Positions 26,627-35,126 are shown, counted from the stretch's first letter. The stretch: DNA of 64,000 bases from an uncultured Candidatus Woesearchaeota archaeon (GCA_963717515.1 OY970338.1:1236861-1300860); one strand, 5' to 3'. Notes: a model not told the origin generated them from the letters alone. Numbers and translations: made by a program.

Positions 26627-27516
26627 CTTTTCACAGCGACAAACTCGTCGCTTCCCCTCCTCTCCGGATACTCTTTCCAGGGCCCCTCGCAGACATTGTC
26701 ATATTTGCACTCTTTGCACTGGGGGAATTTCATCTTTCCCTCTGTCCTGCGGGTATTCTCAAAAGACGGGTCATAGGAGTTCACATCCCTTATCTCTGTC
26801 TCAGGCATGTAGAATTCAGAGCAGTATCTCTCATAGCCTTCCATCATGCAGAAAGGCATTGCCTCTGCCATCACCTTGACACCCGCATCTATGCCTATCT
26901 GCAGACCCTTTTTTATGTAGGGTGATGCAAGGCTCACCCATGGCATCATCTGGTCATAATTATCCATAGCATTGCCCACAGCATGCATGAAGGCGAACTG
27001 GTACTGGTCGACGCCGAGGTCCACGAGGAGCTTTGCGATTTCAGGGAGGTACCTGTAATTCGGCTTCACGACGACAGTGTTGGTTATTATGTACTGGTCC
27101 AGCTCCCTCAGGTTCCTTATCGCCCTGGTTGTCTGCAGGAATGAGCCTTGCCCGCGGGTCAGGTAATCATGAAGCTCTGGGATGTGGCCATGGAGCGCCG
27201 GGCCGAATTCATTGACGCCTGCCTTTATCAGTTCCCTGCAGTAGTCCCTGTACTGGAGCATGCGGACATTGCTCTGGAGCTGGATTCTATCGAATCCCAG
27301 GCATTTTGCATGCCTCACAAGGTCGAGGAGGTCGTCTCTTATGGTTACTTCCCCACCTGTGAATACCACTCCTGTGCAGCCGGTCTTTTTTGCATCTTCA
27401 AGATCTTTCTTTATGTCTCCTGTCTTCCTGTTGCCGAACCTCTTCTTGTGCGCCTGGACGCAGAACAGACAGTTGTTGTTGCATAGAAACCCAGTCTTAA
27501 TATCGACCCTTTTCAT
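26623..27516 (-). CDS. Radical SAM enzyme, short family with C-terminal Cys module (candidate HxsC-like partner)
   Basis: Contains GFLCNNNCLFCVQ, FTGGEVT, MPFCMMEGYERYC and CKECKYDNVCEGPW. It is the first gene of the minus-strand operon, divergent from the Hxs-like genes. Confidence 0.85.
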   Translation of the reverse strand: MKRVDIKTGFLCNNNCLFCVQAHKKRFGNRKTGDIKKDLEDAKKTGCTGVVFTGGEVTIRDDLLDLVRHAKCLGFDRIQLQSNVRMLQYRDYCRELIKAGVNEFGPALHGHIPELHDYLTRGQGSFLQTTRAIRNLRELDQYIITNTVVVKPNYRYLPEIAKLLVDLGVDQYQFAFMHAVGNAMDNYDQMMPWVSLASPYIKKGLQIGIDAGVKVMAEAMPFCMMEGYERYCSEFYMPETEIRDVNSYDPSFENTRRTEGKMKFPQCKECKYDNVCEGPWKEYPERRGSDEFVAVKR

Positions 27517-27667
27517 TGACTGGTGAATATCAGCATATCTTATAAAACTTTGGGATTAGATGTTTGTATTTCAAAAAGATTTAAATATTTCCCGTGATTT
27601 TACCATTTTCATGCCAGACGTGTCTATGCAGGGAAACCTGGAGATAAACAAGAAAGAGGGGTTTGTG
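27517..27667. promoter_or_regulatory. Divergent promoter region between the rSAM operon and the Hxs-like genes
   Basis: TTTAAATA at 27590-27597 faces the plus strand. TTTTATAAGATA on the minus strand (about 27537-27548) lies roughly 20-32 nt upstream of the minus-strand ATG at 27516. A GAGGGG SD-like motif precedes the ATG at 27668. Confidence 0.3.
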
Positions 27668-28129
27668 ATGGTCTCTGTGAATCCGAAGATATATCCGCTT
27701 GACGTCGTCCTCTCATCCTCATACATGTTCACTGACAAGAACTATGTCCTTGTTGACGGAGACCCGGAGGAGGAGCTGATTGTCGAGCTCAGGCCGAAAG
27801 ACAAAAATGCCGACATAGAGAAGCTCGGCAGGGACTTCAACAACGAGCTCATCAATTATGCTAATTATGCAGTACGGGCGATACAGAACCAGGGGATGCG
27901 GGAAGCCATAATCCACAGGGTGCTCATGACAAATTCAGCAGGCAGACCGGATTACAGGCAGCCTGTTGAAGAATATCCTGCTGCTGATGAAGAGCTCCTT
28001 GAAGTCGATGCAAAGCCTTGGATAAAATCAGACGAGAAATCAGAGGCCGACTCGCCATGGTTTGACGACCCTGAGGGGATCGCTGTTCCCTGGGAGGAGA
28101 AATATGGGGATAAAGGTAAGAAAAAATAA
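27668..28129 (+). CDS. HxsD-like small protein with acidic C-terminal tail (start uncertain; track ORF begins at 27560)
   Basis: MVSVNPKIYPLDVVLSSSYMFTDKNYVLVDG...GRDFNNELINYANYAVRA resembles the layout and the LLNDYxLRE-type motif I recall for HxsD. Alternative ATGs lie at 27560, 27611 and 27626. Confidence 0.45.
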   Translation: MVSVNPKIYPLDVVLSSSYMFTDKNYVLVDGDPEEELIVELRPKDKNADIEKLGRDFNNELINYANYAVRAIQNQGMREAIIHRVLMTNSAGRPDYRQPVEEYPAADEELLEVDAKPWIKSDEKSEADSPWFDDPEGIAVPWEEKYGDKGKKK

Positions 28130-28319
28130 TGTTCTTGTAAGGCTCAACGAGGAAATCTACTGCAGGGAATGCATTGAGCAGGCTATCAAGGATTTCAAGG
28201 ACGTATGCACAGTGACTGAGAATGAAGACGGCCTCCTGCTCAAGCCAAAGGCGAAGATCGAGCCTGTGAGGCTGGGTTATGAATTTTCCAATTATGTTCT
28301 AGGGCTCATGAAGAATTAG
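28104..28319 (+). CDS. Second HxsD-like small protein
   Basis: 71 aa from the ATG at 28104, preceded by GGAGGAG. It reads VLVRLNEEIYCRECIEQAIKDFKDVC...GYEFSNYVLGLMKN, with the same architecture as the upstream gene. Confidence 0.45.
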   Translation: MGIKVRKNNVLVRLNEEIYCRECIEQAIKDFKDVCTVTENEDGLLLKPKAKIEPVRLGYEFSNYVLGLMKN

Positions 28320-28324
28320 TGAAG

Positions 28325-29704
28325 ATGGCGATAAGTTATTTCGGGGACAAGGAGCAGTATGTACTGAACCATTACAGGTCGAGAGAGATCAAGGCAGGCC
28401 ATCTGGTGACCAATGACTACGGCTCTTGGGCGTTGCTTTCTCCTGATGAATACGCACAGCTCAGGACAGGGGACATCCAGGAGCCTCTTCTGACTCTTCT
28501 GAAGGATAAGGGGATTGTACTTGACAGGGGAAATTTTGCAAATGTCATCGATGATTACAGGAGGAAATGCGACTATCTCTTCATCGGCACTTCGCTCCAT
28601 ATTGTTGTCCCGACCCTGAGATGCAACTTGAAGTGCATTTACTGCCATGCAAGGGCCAAGAGCAGCAGGGCCAAGGGCTATGACATGGATGAAAAAACTG
28701 CGAAAAAAACCATTGATTTCATCTTCCAGAGCCCGACAGGATACATCACCATAGAATTCCAGGGGGGCGAGCCCCTGCTCAGGTTTGACCTCATCAAATA
28801 CATTATTGAATATGCAAAAGAGAAGAACAAGTCCCATAAGAAGGAGCTCCATTGGAGTGTGGTCACTAACCTTACCCATATGACTGATGAGATGTTTGAA
28901 TATTTCAAGAAGAACGGTGTCGGCATATGCACATCCCTTGACGGCCCTAAGGTTGTGCATGATGCAAACAGGCAGATGCATAGCAAGACCAGGAAATGGA
29001 TAAAGAAGATTGTTGATTCTTATACTATCAATGCAATGCTCCTTGCGACAAGGAACACACTGCCATACCCAAAGGAGATAGTTGATGAGTACATCAGCCT
29101 GGGCCTTCCGAGGATATGGATCAAGCCTGTGAACAACCTCGGCGATGCTGAGGGGAACTGGAAGAAGATCGGCATGACTGCAGCAGAATACCTTGATTTC
29201 TGGACAGAGGCGATGGATTATATCGTTACCAAGAACATCGAAGGGGTCCGGATTGAGGAAAATTATACCAAGATAATCCTGAGGAAGATACTGACAAAGG
29301 AATGCGTGAATTTCACAGACCTTGAAAGCCCATGCGGGGCTGCAATCGGCCAGCTCGCGTACAGCTACAACGGAAACATCCATACGTGCGATGAGGCAAG
29401 GCTGTTTGAGATGTTCAAGCTCGGGACAGTGGATGACAGATACAGCGATATAGTCACATCTCCAGGCGCATGTGCAATCACGAGGGCATCGATCAATGAC
29501 AATCCTGTGTGCGAGATGTGCGCCTACAAGCCTATATGCGGACTCTGCCCTGTGTGCAGTTATGCAGAGACAGGAAATATCATATCGAAGCTGCCGAACA
29601 GGCGCTGTGAGATACTTATCGGCATGTTCGACTACATATTTGAAAAGCTTGCTTCTGAAGAAAAATACAGGAAAGTTTTCTTCAGCTGGATAGGGAAAGA
29701 ATAA
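28325..29704 (+). CDS. Radical SAM/SPASM maturase (HxsB-like; anaerobic sulfatase maturase superfamily)
   Basis: About 90-aa N-terminal extension, then RCNLKCIYCHA and FQGGEPLL. The SPASM region is CGAAIGQLAYSYNGNIHTCDE ... CEMCAYKPICGLCPVCSY. The track ORF starts at GTG 28319, and the ATG is at 28325. Confidence 0.85.
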   Translation: MAISYFGDKEQYVLNHYRSREIKAGHLVTNDYGSWALLSPDEYAQLRTGDIQEPLLTLLKDKGIVLDRGNFANVIDDYRRKCDYLFIGTSLHIVVPTLRCNLKCIYCHARAKSSRAKGYDMDEKTAKKTIDFIFQSPTGYITIEFQGGEPLLRFDLIKYIIEYAKEKNKSHKKELHWSVVTNLTHMTDEMFEYFKKNGVGICTSLDGPKVVHDANRQMHSKTRKWIKKIVDSYTINAMLLATRNTLPYPKEIVDEYISLGLPRIWIKPVNNLGDAEGNWKKIGMTAAEYLDFWTEAMDYIVTKNIEGVRIEENYTKIILRKILTKECVNFTDLESPCGAAIGQLAYSYNGNIHTCDEARLFEMFKLGTVDDRYSDIVTSPGACAITRASINDNPVCEMCAYKPICGLCPVCSYAETGNIISKLPNRRCEILIGMFDYIFEKLASEEKYRKVFFSWIGKE

Positions 29705-29719
29705 TCCAATTCCAAAAAG

Positions 29720-29727
29720 TATAAATA
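29720..29727 (+). promoter_or_regulatory. TATA-box-like element upstream of the His-Xaa-Ser repeat gene
   Basis: TATAAATA lies 35-42 nt upstream of the ATG at 29762. This suggests the repeat gene has its own promoter and a very short 5' UTR. Confidence 0.3.
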
Positions 29728-29761
29728 TGGCTATGATTATAATATTGAAAAAAAGAGTAAA

Positions 29762-30661
29762 ATGCTGCCGATATTAAAAAAAAAGATAACAGGTTTCATA
29801 CTTAGTGAAGAGGGCAGGATGCCCAAGCAGTCTCTTCTTGCCATGGGCTCATTCCTTTCTGCAGCAGTCATCGGAGGTATTCTTGCGACAAGGGACAATG
29901 CTGCAAGCCATGTGAACAGCCTTGACATCAGGTATGGCACTTCCGAGGGATTAGGGGCTGAGGAGTCCAGGGGATATCATGACCATCATGCAAGCCACAG
30001 TTCACACGGTTCACATAGCAGTCATGGCTCGCATAGTTCACACGGTTCACACAGTTCCCATGGCAGCCATGGGAGTCATACAAGCCATAGCAGTCATGGT
30101 TCGCATAGTTCACACGGTTCACACAGTTCCCATGGCAGCCATGGGAGTCATACAAGCCATAGCAGTCATGGTTCGCATAGTTCACACGGTTCACACAGTT
30201 CCCATGGCAGCCATGGGAGTCATACAAGCCATAGCAGCCATGGTTCGCATAGCTCCCACTCAAGCCATGGTTCCCACAGCAGCCATAGTTCTCACAGCTC
30301 CCACTCAAGCCATGGTTCCCACAGCAGCCATAGTTCTCACAGCTCCCACTCAAGCCATGGTTCCCACAGCAGCCATAGTTCGCATAGCTCCCACTCAAGC
30401 CATGGTTCCCACAGCAGCCATGGTTCTCACAGTTCTCATGGAAGCCACAGCAGTCATGGTTCTCATAGTAGTCACGGGAGTCATACAAGCCATGGTTCTC
30501 ATAGTTCTCATGGCAGTCACTCAAGCCATGGAAGTCATAGCTCGCATGGGAGTCATGCGAGCGGTGGTGGTGGTGGTAGCGACGGCAGTTGTGGTACATC
30601 AGATGGCGATGCTGGCGGTGGCGGTGGCGATGGCGGTGCTAGTTGTGGTTGTGGATATTAG
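29762..30661 (+). CDS. His-Xaa-Ser repeat protein (HxsA-like): N-terminal hydrophobic segment, 64 HxS triplets, Gly/Asp/Cys tail
   Basis: - aa 1-75 contain SLLAMGSFLSAAVIGGILA.
- aa 76-267 are 64 consecutive H-[SGTA]-S triplets (29987-30562).
- The tail is GGGGGSDGSCGTSDGDAGGGGGDGGASCGCGY. Confidence 0.8.
   Translation: MLPILKKKITGFILSEEGRMPKQSLLAMGSFLSAAVIGGILATRDNAASHVNSLDIRYGTSEGLGAEESRGYHDHHASHSSHGSHSSHGSHSSHGSHSSHGSHGSHTSHSSHGSHSSHGSHSSHGSHGSHTSHSSHGSHSSHGSHSSHGSHGSHTSHSSHGSHSSHSSHGSHSSHSSHSSHSSHGSHSSHSSHSSHSSHGSHSSHSSHSSHSSHGSHSSHGSHSSHGSHSSHGSHSSHGSHTSHGSHSSHGSHSSHGSHSSHGSHASGGGGGSDGSCGTSDGDAGGGGGDGGASCGCGY
30041..30256 (+). repeat. 72-bp tandem repeat x3 inside the HxS gene
   Basis: The units 30041-30112 and 30113-30184 are identical. 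The third unit (30185-30256) differs only near its end. Each unit encodes 24 aa. Confidence 0.9.
30251..30430 (+). repeat. 45-bp tandem repeat x4 inside the HxS gene
   Basis: agctcccactcaagccatggttcccacagcagccatagttctcac occurs at 30251-30295 and again, identical, at 30296-30340. The units at 30341-30385 and 30386-30430 carry 1-3 substitutions. Each unit encodes 15 aa. Confidence 0.9.
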
Positions 30662-30761
30662 ATAATGAATTATAATTTTTTCAAAATTATTAGATTTACC
30701 ACTTTGTAGGGGTATTAATTTCGAAACATTTATAAATTATTAAATATTATTAGTAAAAATA

Positions 30762-31838
30762 ATGATGATGGAAATACATTCAAAAAAATTATATACGCAA
30801 TTAATATTAAACATTATGTCCTTTTTCTATATTGGTTGTACTACAACTGGACCAACCAAACCAAATGTTAATATCTTTTCTAATCCGAATGAAACAGGAA
30901 AATCAGTTGCAAGAATGCAAGAAACTTTTTCAGTTGCTAATGAAGTCTTATTTGAGTTAACACAACAAAATCCGTTAATCACAAGCGAGTTAGGTAAATT
31001 ACCTGAACTTCAGGATGGAATTTCTAAATCTGAATTAATATCACTTGAGAAAATTGTAAATATATATAAAAATAACAAAAAAAAATTTGAAGAAGCATTT
31101 AGCCAGATGTATCAAGTGGGAAAACCTAATTTCAGGAAATATTGTTCACCATTACAGGCGTTTTTTTGGCTTATTGAAGACGGTAAAGTAAATATCGCTC
31201 AAGATACAATAAAAAATTATTCTCTTGATAATTTGCTGGAGAATTCATGGGATTTCCGGTTAAAGACAATTACTTTTTCAGATGACCAAATCTCATCAAT
31301 CATTGAAAATACCAGTGATAACAAATGGCAAAAATTATACAAAGAGAATGTTTCCGACAAGAATTTTTTACAAAGATTGATATTGATGAAATATGAAAAA
31401 AATCCGGGAATATATAATGGTAAAGCTAAAAATATAATTAAAGATGAATTATCAAATCAGCAAGATGATAAATGGTCTAATTTTGATAAAGTTTCAATAA
31501 GATTAAATTCACCTGAATTGATTGATTTTTGGACTCAAAAAAATTTAACCTATTCTTTTTATTTAGGTACTATGAAATCAAACCAATCAATTTTTAAATC
31601 AAAAAATGGAAATTGTGAAGATACATCAAGTTTCATAGTTAATTTATTGAGAAAAGCTGGATATGAAGCAAACACTTTGGATGTAGTGTCAAAGGACCCT
31701 AATGTACCATTCCACGTGATTGTTAAATACCAGATAAATGATAGTTTTTATCTTATGGATAACGGGACTTTTATTCCGGCAGGAATTATGGGCCCTTTCA
31801 AATCAATGAAAGAAAGCAGCTATAAACTTCATTATTAG
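30762..31838 (+). CDS. Lipoprotein-like protein with C-terminal transglutaminase-like Cys-protease core
   Basis: N-terminal hydrophobic segment ending in FFYIGC. The C-terminal NGNCEDTSSFIVNLLRKAGYEAN ... FHVIVKY ... LMDNG fits the Cys-His-Asp transglutaminase-like pattern. Confidence 0.55.
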   Translation: MMMEIHSKKLYTQLILNIMSFFYIGCTTTGPTKPNVNIFSNPNETGKSVARMQETFSVANEVLFELTQQNPLITSELGKLPELQDGISKSELISLEKIVNIYKNNKKKFEEAFSQMYQVGKPNFRKYCSPLQAFFWLIEDGKVNIAQDTIKNYSLDNLLENSWDFRLKTITFSDDQISSIIENTSDNKWQKLYKENVSDKNFLQRLILMKYEKNPGIYNGKAKNIIKDELSNQQDDKWSNFDKVSIRLNSPELIDFWTQKNLTYSFYLGTMKSNQSIFKSKNGNCEDTSSFIVNLLRKAGYEANTLDVVSKDPNVPFHVIVKYQINDSFYLMDNGTFIPAGIMGPFKSMKESSYKLHY

Positions 31839-31883
31839 CTTTCTCATTTTCTATTTTATCATAAAGTTTATTTTTTTAATAAA

Positions 31884-33077
31884 TCATCTTTCATACTGAA
31901 CAAACTGCTTCTCAATAAAATCAACATATTCTTTAAATCTCTCATATTTTTGAGAAAAATGATATGCGTTCTTACCTAATTTTTTGACTATTTCAGGATT
32001 GTCGATGACATATTCCATCTTTTTACTGAAACCATCTATGTCTCTCGGGTCTATAATAAGGATATCTTCATTATCTCTTAAAGTTGAATAAATGCCTTTT
32101 TTCAAGACACCTTTTCCGATTATCGTGCATACACCGCAGGCCATTGATTCCCTAGCTATTTTTGGGTAATGGGTTCCTATTGGCAGATATGGGGATTCTT
32201 CTGATTCAGGGCACAGAACGCATGTTGATGCCCGAATCAAAGAGGGTATCTTCCATGGCGGTTGAAAAGGCAAAAAAATACATTCCTCACTTAGACCTAT
32301 CATTTCAGCTTTCTTTTTCAGTTCATCAACTTTCTGACCTTCACCAACGACAAAGAGCAGCCTGAAATCCTTCTTGATTTTTTCAGAAGCCTTAAGGATT
32401 GAATAAGTCTGTTTCAACCTCGATATCTTACCAAAATATGTGAATATCGGGATGGATGGGTCGTCAATATAAGTTGATAGGTCGTATGGCTTCACATCTG
32501 GATTAAAGAATTCAGGATTAATCAGCTGTTCAACACCATGTAGTTTATTTGTTTCAATTTTATTCTCTTTCAATATCTTCGAGACATTGCCACCTCCAAA
32601 TACTTTATCTGCTTCCCTAAATGCCTCAACGAAGATTGTCTTTAGATTTTTCGAATAGTACAGTTTCCCAACATCTGAACCAGCACATTTGAGGACATGC
32701 GGTACTTTTGTGATTTTTTTCAAGAGGTAACCTACTATACCATAAGGAAGTGTATAATGCGAATATATGAGATCAATTTCCTGTTTTCTGATAAGGTTTA
32801 TTGACAAATTCAATAATTTTTCACAGAAATATTTTGATCTGAGAATCGGCGAATTAAAATCAGGTGCTGTACTGAAAACTTTTACATTTGTCGGTTCAAT
32901 AAATCTATTCTCATCCTCTGAAATCAGTTCACGAAATTCAGATTCGACTTCCCATGCATTGGTAATAATGCTGATTTCATGCCCTCTCTGTCCGAGTTCC
33001 CGAGCAAGCCAGTACGTATCTGAGGATACGCCTCCCTGGATGGGCGGGTATTTACTGAGAATGCATATTTTCATCAA
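31884..33077 (-). CDS. GT4-family (GT-B) glycosyltransferase
   Basis: MKICILSKYPPIQGGVSSDTYWLARELGQRGHEISIITN is the N-terminus typical of GT4 enzymes. The C-terminal region has the acidic E...E motif (PESEESPYLPIGTHYPKIARESMACG). Confidence 0.75.
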   Translation of the reverse strand: MMKICILSKYPPIQGGVSSDTYWLARELGQRGHEISIITNAWEVESEFRELISEDENRFIEPTNVKVFSTAPDFNSPILRSKYFCEKLLNLSINLIRKQEIDLIYSHYTLPYGIVGYLLKKITKVPHVLKCAGSDVGKLYYSKNLKTIFVEAFREADKVFGGGNVSKILKENKIETNKLHGVEQLINPEFFNPDVKPYDLSTYIDDPSIPIFTYFGKISRLKQTYSILKASEKIKKDFRLLFVVGEGQKVDELKKKAEMIGLSEECIFLPFQPPWKIPSLIRASTCVLCPESEESPYLPIGTHYPKIARESMACGVCTIIGKGVLKKGIYSTLRDNEDILIIDPRDIDGFSKKMEYVIDNPEIVKKLGKNAYHFSQKYERFKEYVDFIEKQFVQYER

Positions 33078-33127
33078 AATATAAAATACAATAATGTTTA
33101 TATAATTTGCTTAATTCTGATATCATA

Positions 33128-34249
33128 ATGATCCAAAACTTGCCAAAACCAAAGAGTTTCACAATGCAGTGGCATATCACTAACAGGTGTAATTGGGCCT
33201 GCAGCCATTGCTATCAGGATGGAAATGCTATTGAAGAGCTGGAAATGGATAAGATTTATGACATCATGGACCAGTTTATCGGGCTTTTGAAGAGATGGGA
33301 TATACCAGAGAATCGGGCCAGGATAAACCTGACTGGCGGAGAGCCGTTGCTTCACAAAGGATTCTTTGATATAGCAGACCGACTTAAAAATAATTCGAAT
33401 TTTCTGAGATGGGGGGTGCTTTCGAATGGTTCCTTGTTGACTAAAAATATTGTCAAAAAATTGAAGGATGCAGATATATTCAGATATCAGATCAGTCTCG
33501 AAGGACTTGAAGAAACCAACGACCAGATCAGGGGCAAAGGGACATATAAAAGAGTGATAAAATCTATCAGATTACTGAAAGATGGCGGGGTCAATACTGT
33601 CGTCTCCCTTACACTTACAAAAAACAATGTTCATGAGATTCCTGAACTAGTCAAAGTCCTTGATAAACTGGGAGTCACGTATCTCGGAACAAGGAGACTT
33701 ATACCCATTGGAAGAGGTTCAAGCCTCGGACTGCTGGAGCCAAATGAATTAAAGAAATATTACCAGGAAACCATAAAAATTAATAAGGAATTGAGAGACA
33801 GACAAAGCAGGCTTAGGGTTGGGATTGGCTGTGAAAGCGGGATTTTCAATGAGAATACCAGACTGAATAATTATTGTGCAATTCTGGATGGTAGAATAAT
33901 CATAGTAATGCCGAATGGGGATGTGCTTCCCTGCAGGAGACTGCCTGTAGTCCTTGGCAATTTGAAAAATAAAAGCCTTTTTGAGATATATTATTCGTCT
34001 GAAGAGTTATGGAAAATGAGAAACCTGAACAACGCTCATGTATTCTGCAAATCATGCACTAATTTCAATCAATGTTTTGGAGGAGCAAAATGCGTGAATT
34101 ACTGTTATGCTAATAAATTGTCAGTTCCGGATGTGCAGTGCTGGAAGTATTTTGACAGGATAAAAAGTCTGGAACAATTCAACAAATATGTCGATAATAA
34201 TGAGAAAGAGGTTAAGCTTCATAAAATATTGGAAAATGCAAAACCATAA
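33128..34249 (+). CDS. Radical SAM/SPASM enzyme
   Basis: Contains HITNRCNWACSHCYQ and LTGGEPLL. The SPASM region is CAILDGRIIIVMPNGDVLPCRRL ... CKSCTNFNQCFGGAKCVNYC. The track start 33107 is TTG, and the ATG is at 33128. Confidence 0.85.
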   Translation: MIQNLPKPKSFTMQWHITNRCNWACSHCYQDGNAIEELEMDKIYDIMDQFIGLLKRWDIPENRARINLTGGEPLLHKGFFDIADRLKNNSNFLRWGVLSNGSLLTKNIVKKLKDADIFRYQISLEGLEETNDQIRGKGTYKRVIKSIRLLKDGGVNTVVSLTLTKNNVHEIPELVKVLDKLGVTYLGTRRLIPIGRGSSLGLLEPNELKKYYQETIKINKELRDRQSRLRVGIGCESGIFNENTRLNNYCAILDGRIIIVMPNGDVLPCRRLPVVLGNLKNKSLFEIYYSSEELWKMRNLNNAHVFCKSCTNFNQCFGGAKCVNYCYANKLSVPDVQCWKYFDRIKSLEQFNKYVDNNEKEVKLHKILENAKP

Positions 34250-35126
34250 ATTTCCAGGCAGGATAATCAATGCAAGCAAAAGACCCCGGGGTCAGGGGAT
34301 TGATTTATGCTTCCGATGCAATAACAGATGCATTTTCTGTTATGACAATCATAAGAGAAATGATATCTCTGACAAACCCTTGGAGCAAGCAAAAAAAGAT
34401 GTATTGGCCTTAAAGAAGAAAGGAATAAATATCATTTCTCTAAGAGGCAGTGAACCTACTATCTATCCTCATATCTATCAGCTTGTCAGCTTTATCAATA
34501 ATCATGGCCTGAAATTCAGGATGACGACGAATGCCCGGATATTTTCATATGTCGAGACAGCTAAAAAATTTGCATCATTAGGTCTTGATAATGTCTATGT
34601 TTCCCTGCATTCTCATAAGGCAGATATACATGACAAACTGACTCAGACAAAAGGCAGTTTCGATCAGACCTTAAAAGGAATTAAAAATTTGCTCGCTTCT
34701 GGTGTCAGAGTTGAGACCAATACAACGATTTTAAAGCAGAATGTGGAAGATCTACCAAAGATTACACAACTGTTGTCACGATATGGCTTGTTTAGGGCGA
34801 GGTTTTCTTTCCTTTTCTGTGAGGGTGTTGGCTTGGATATAGGGTGGTGGAAAAAACTAATGCCTTCCATTGCCGAGACCCGGGAAAGCCTGTCTGAAGC
34901 AATGAACATCTTTCAGGTGAGAGGCATATACTCTTTTATTGAGAAACTGCCAATATGCGGTGCACCACAATATTATCGTGATTTCAAGCCTGAGGATTAT
35001 GTAATTGCCGCAAACATCAAGCCGGAAATATGCCAAAAATGTGCTTATCACAAAGATAACTATTGTGTCGGAGTCAGTCCCATGTATCTGAAAATGTATG
35101 GGGAAAAAGACCTGATACCTCAATGA
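34236..35126 (+). CDS. Radical SAM enzyme, short family with C-terminal Cys module
   Basis: Contains CFRCNNRCIFCYD, LRGSEPT, TTNARIF, LPICGAPQYY and CQKCAYHKDNYCVG. The internal ATG at 34236 overlaps the upstream gene by 14 nt; the track start is 34188. Confidence 0.8.
   Translation: MQNHKFPGRIINASKRPRGQGIDLCFRCNNRCIFCYDNHKRNDISDKPLEQAKKDVLALKKKGINIISLRGSEPTIYPHIYQLVSFINNHGLKFRMTTNARIFSYVETAKKFASLGLDNVYVSLHSHKADIHDKLTQTKGSFDQTLKGIKNLLASGVRVETNTTILKQNVEDLPKITQLLSRYGLFRARFSFLFCEGVGLDIGWWKKLMPSIAETRESLSEAMNIFQVRGIYSFIEKLPICGAPQYYRDFKPEDYVIAANIKPEICQKCAYHKDNYCVGVSPMYLKMYGEKDLIPQ

Noticed and set aside
28316-29383. A 355-aa minus-strand ORF opposite the HxsB-like gene.
   Set aside because: The plus-strand frame carries unmistakable rSAM and SPASM motifs. 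The antisense product has none and an odd composition.
29987-30562. The possibility that the tandem DNA repeats are a CRISPR array or a non-coding satellite.
   Set aside because: - There are no unique spacers between the repeats.
- The units are head-to-tail, multiples of 3 nt, and lie in one long coding frame with a proper start and stop.
29928-30665. Long ORFs in other frames or on the other strand of the HxS repeat: 29928..30599 (minus, H/G/C/Y/N-rich) and 29979..30665 (plus, A/M/V/T/I-rich).
   Set aside because: - A strictly period-3 DNA repeat without stops stays open in several frames.
- Only the HxS frame has a start context, an N-terminal non-repeat domain and a family precedent.
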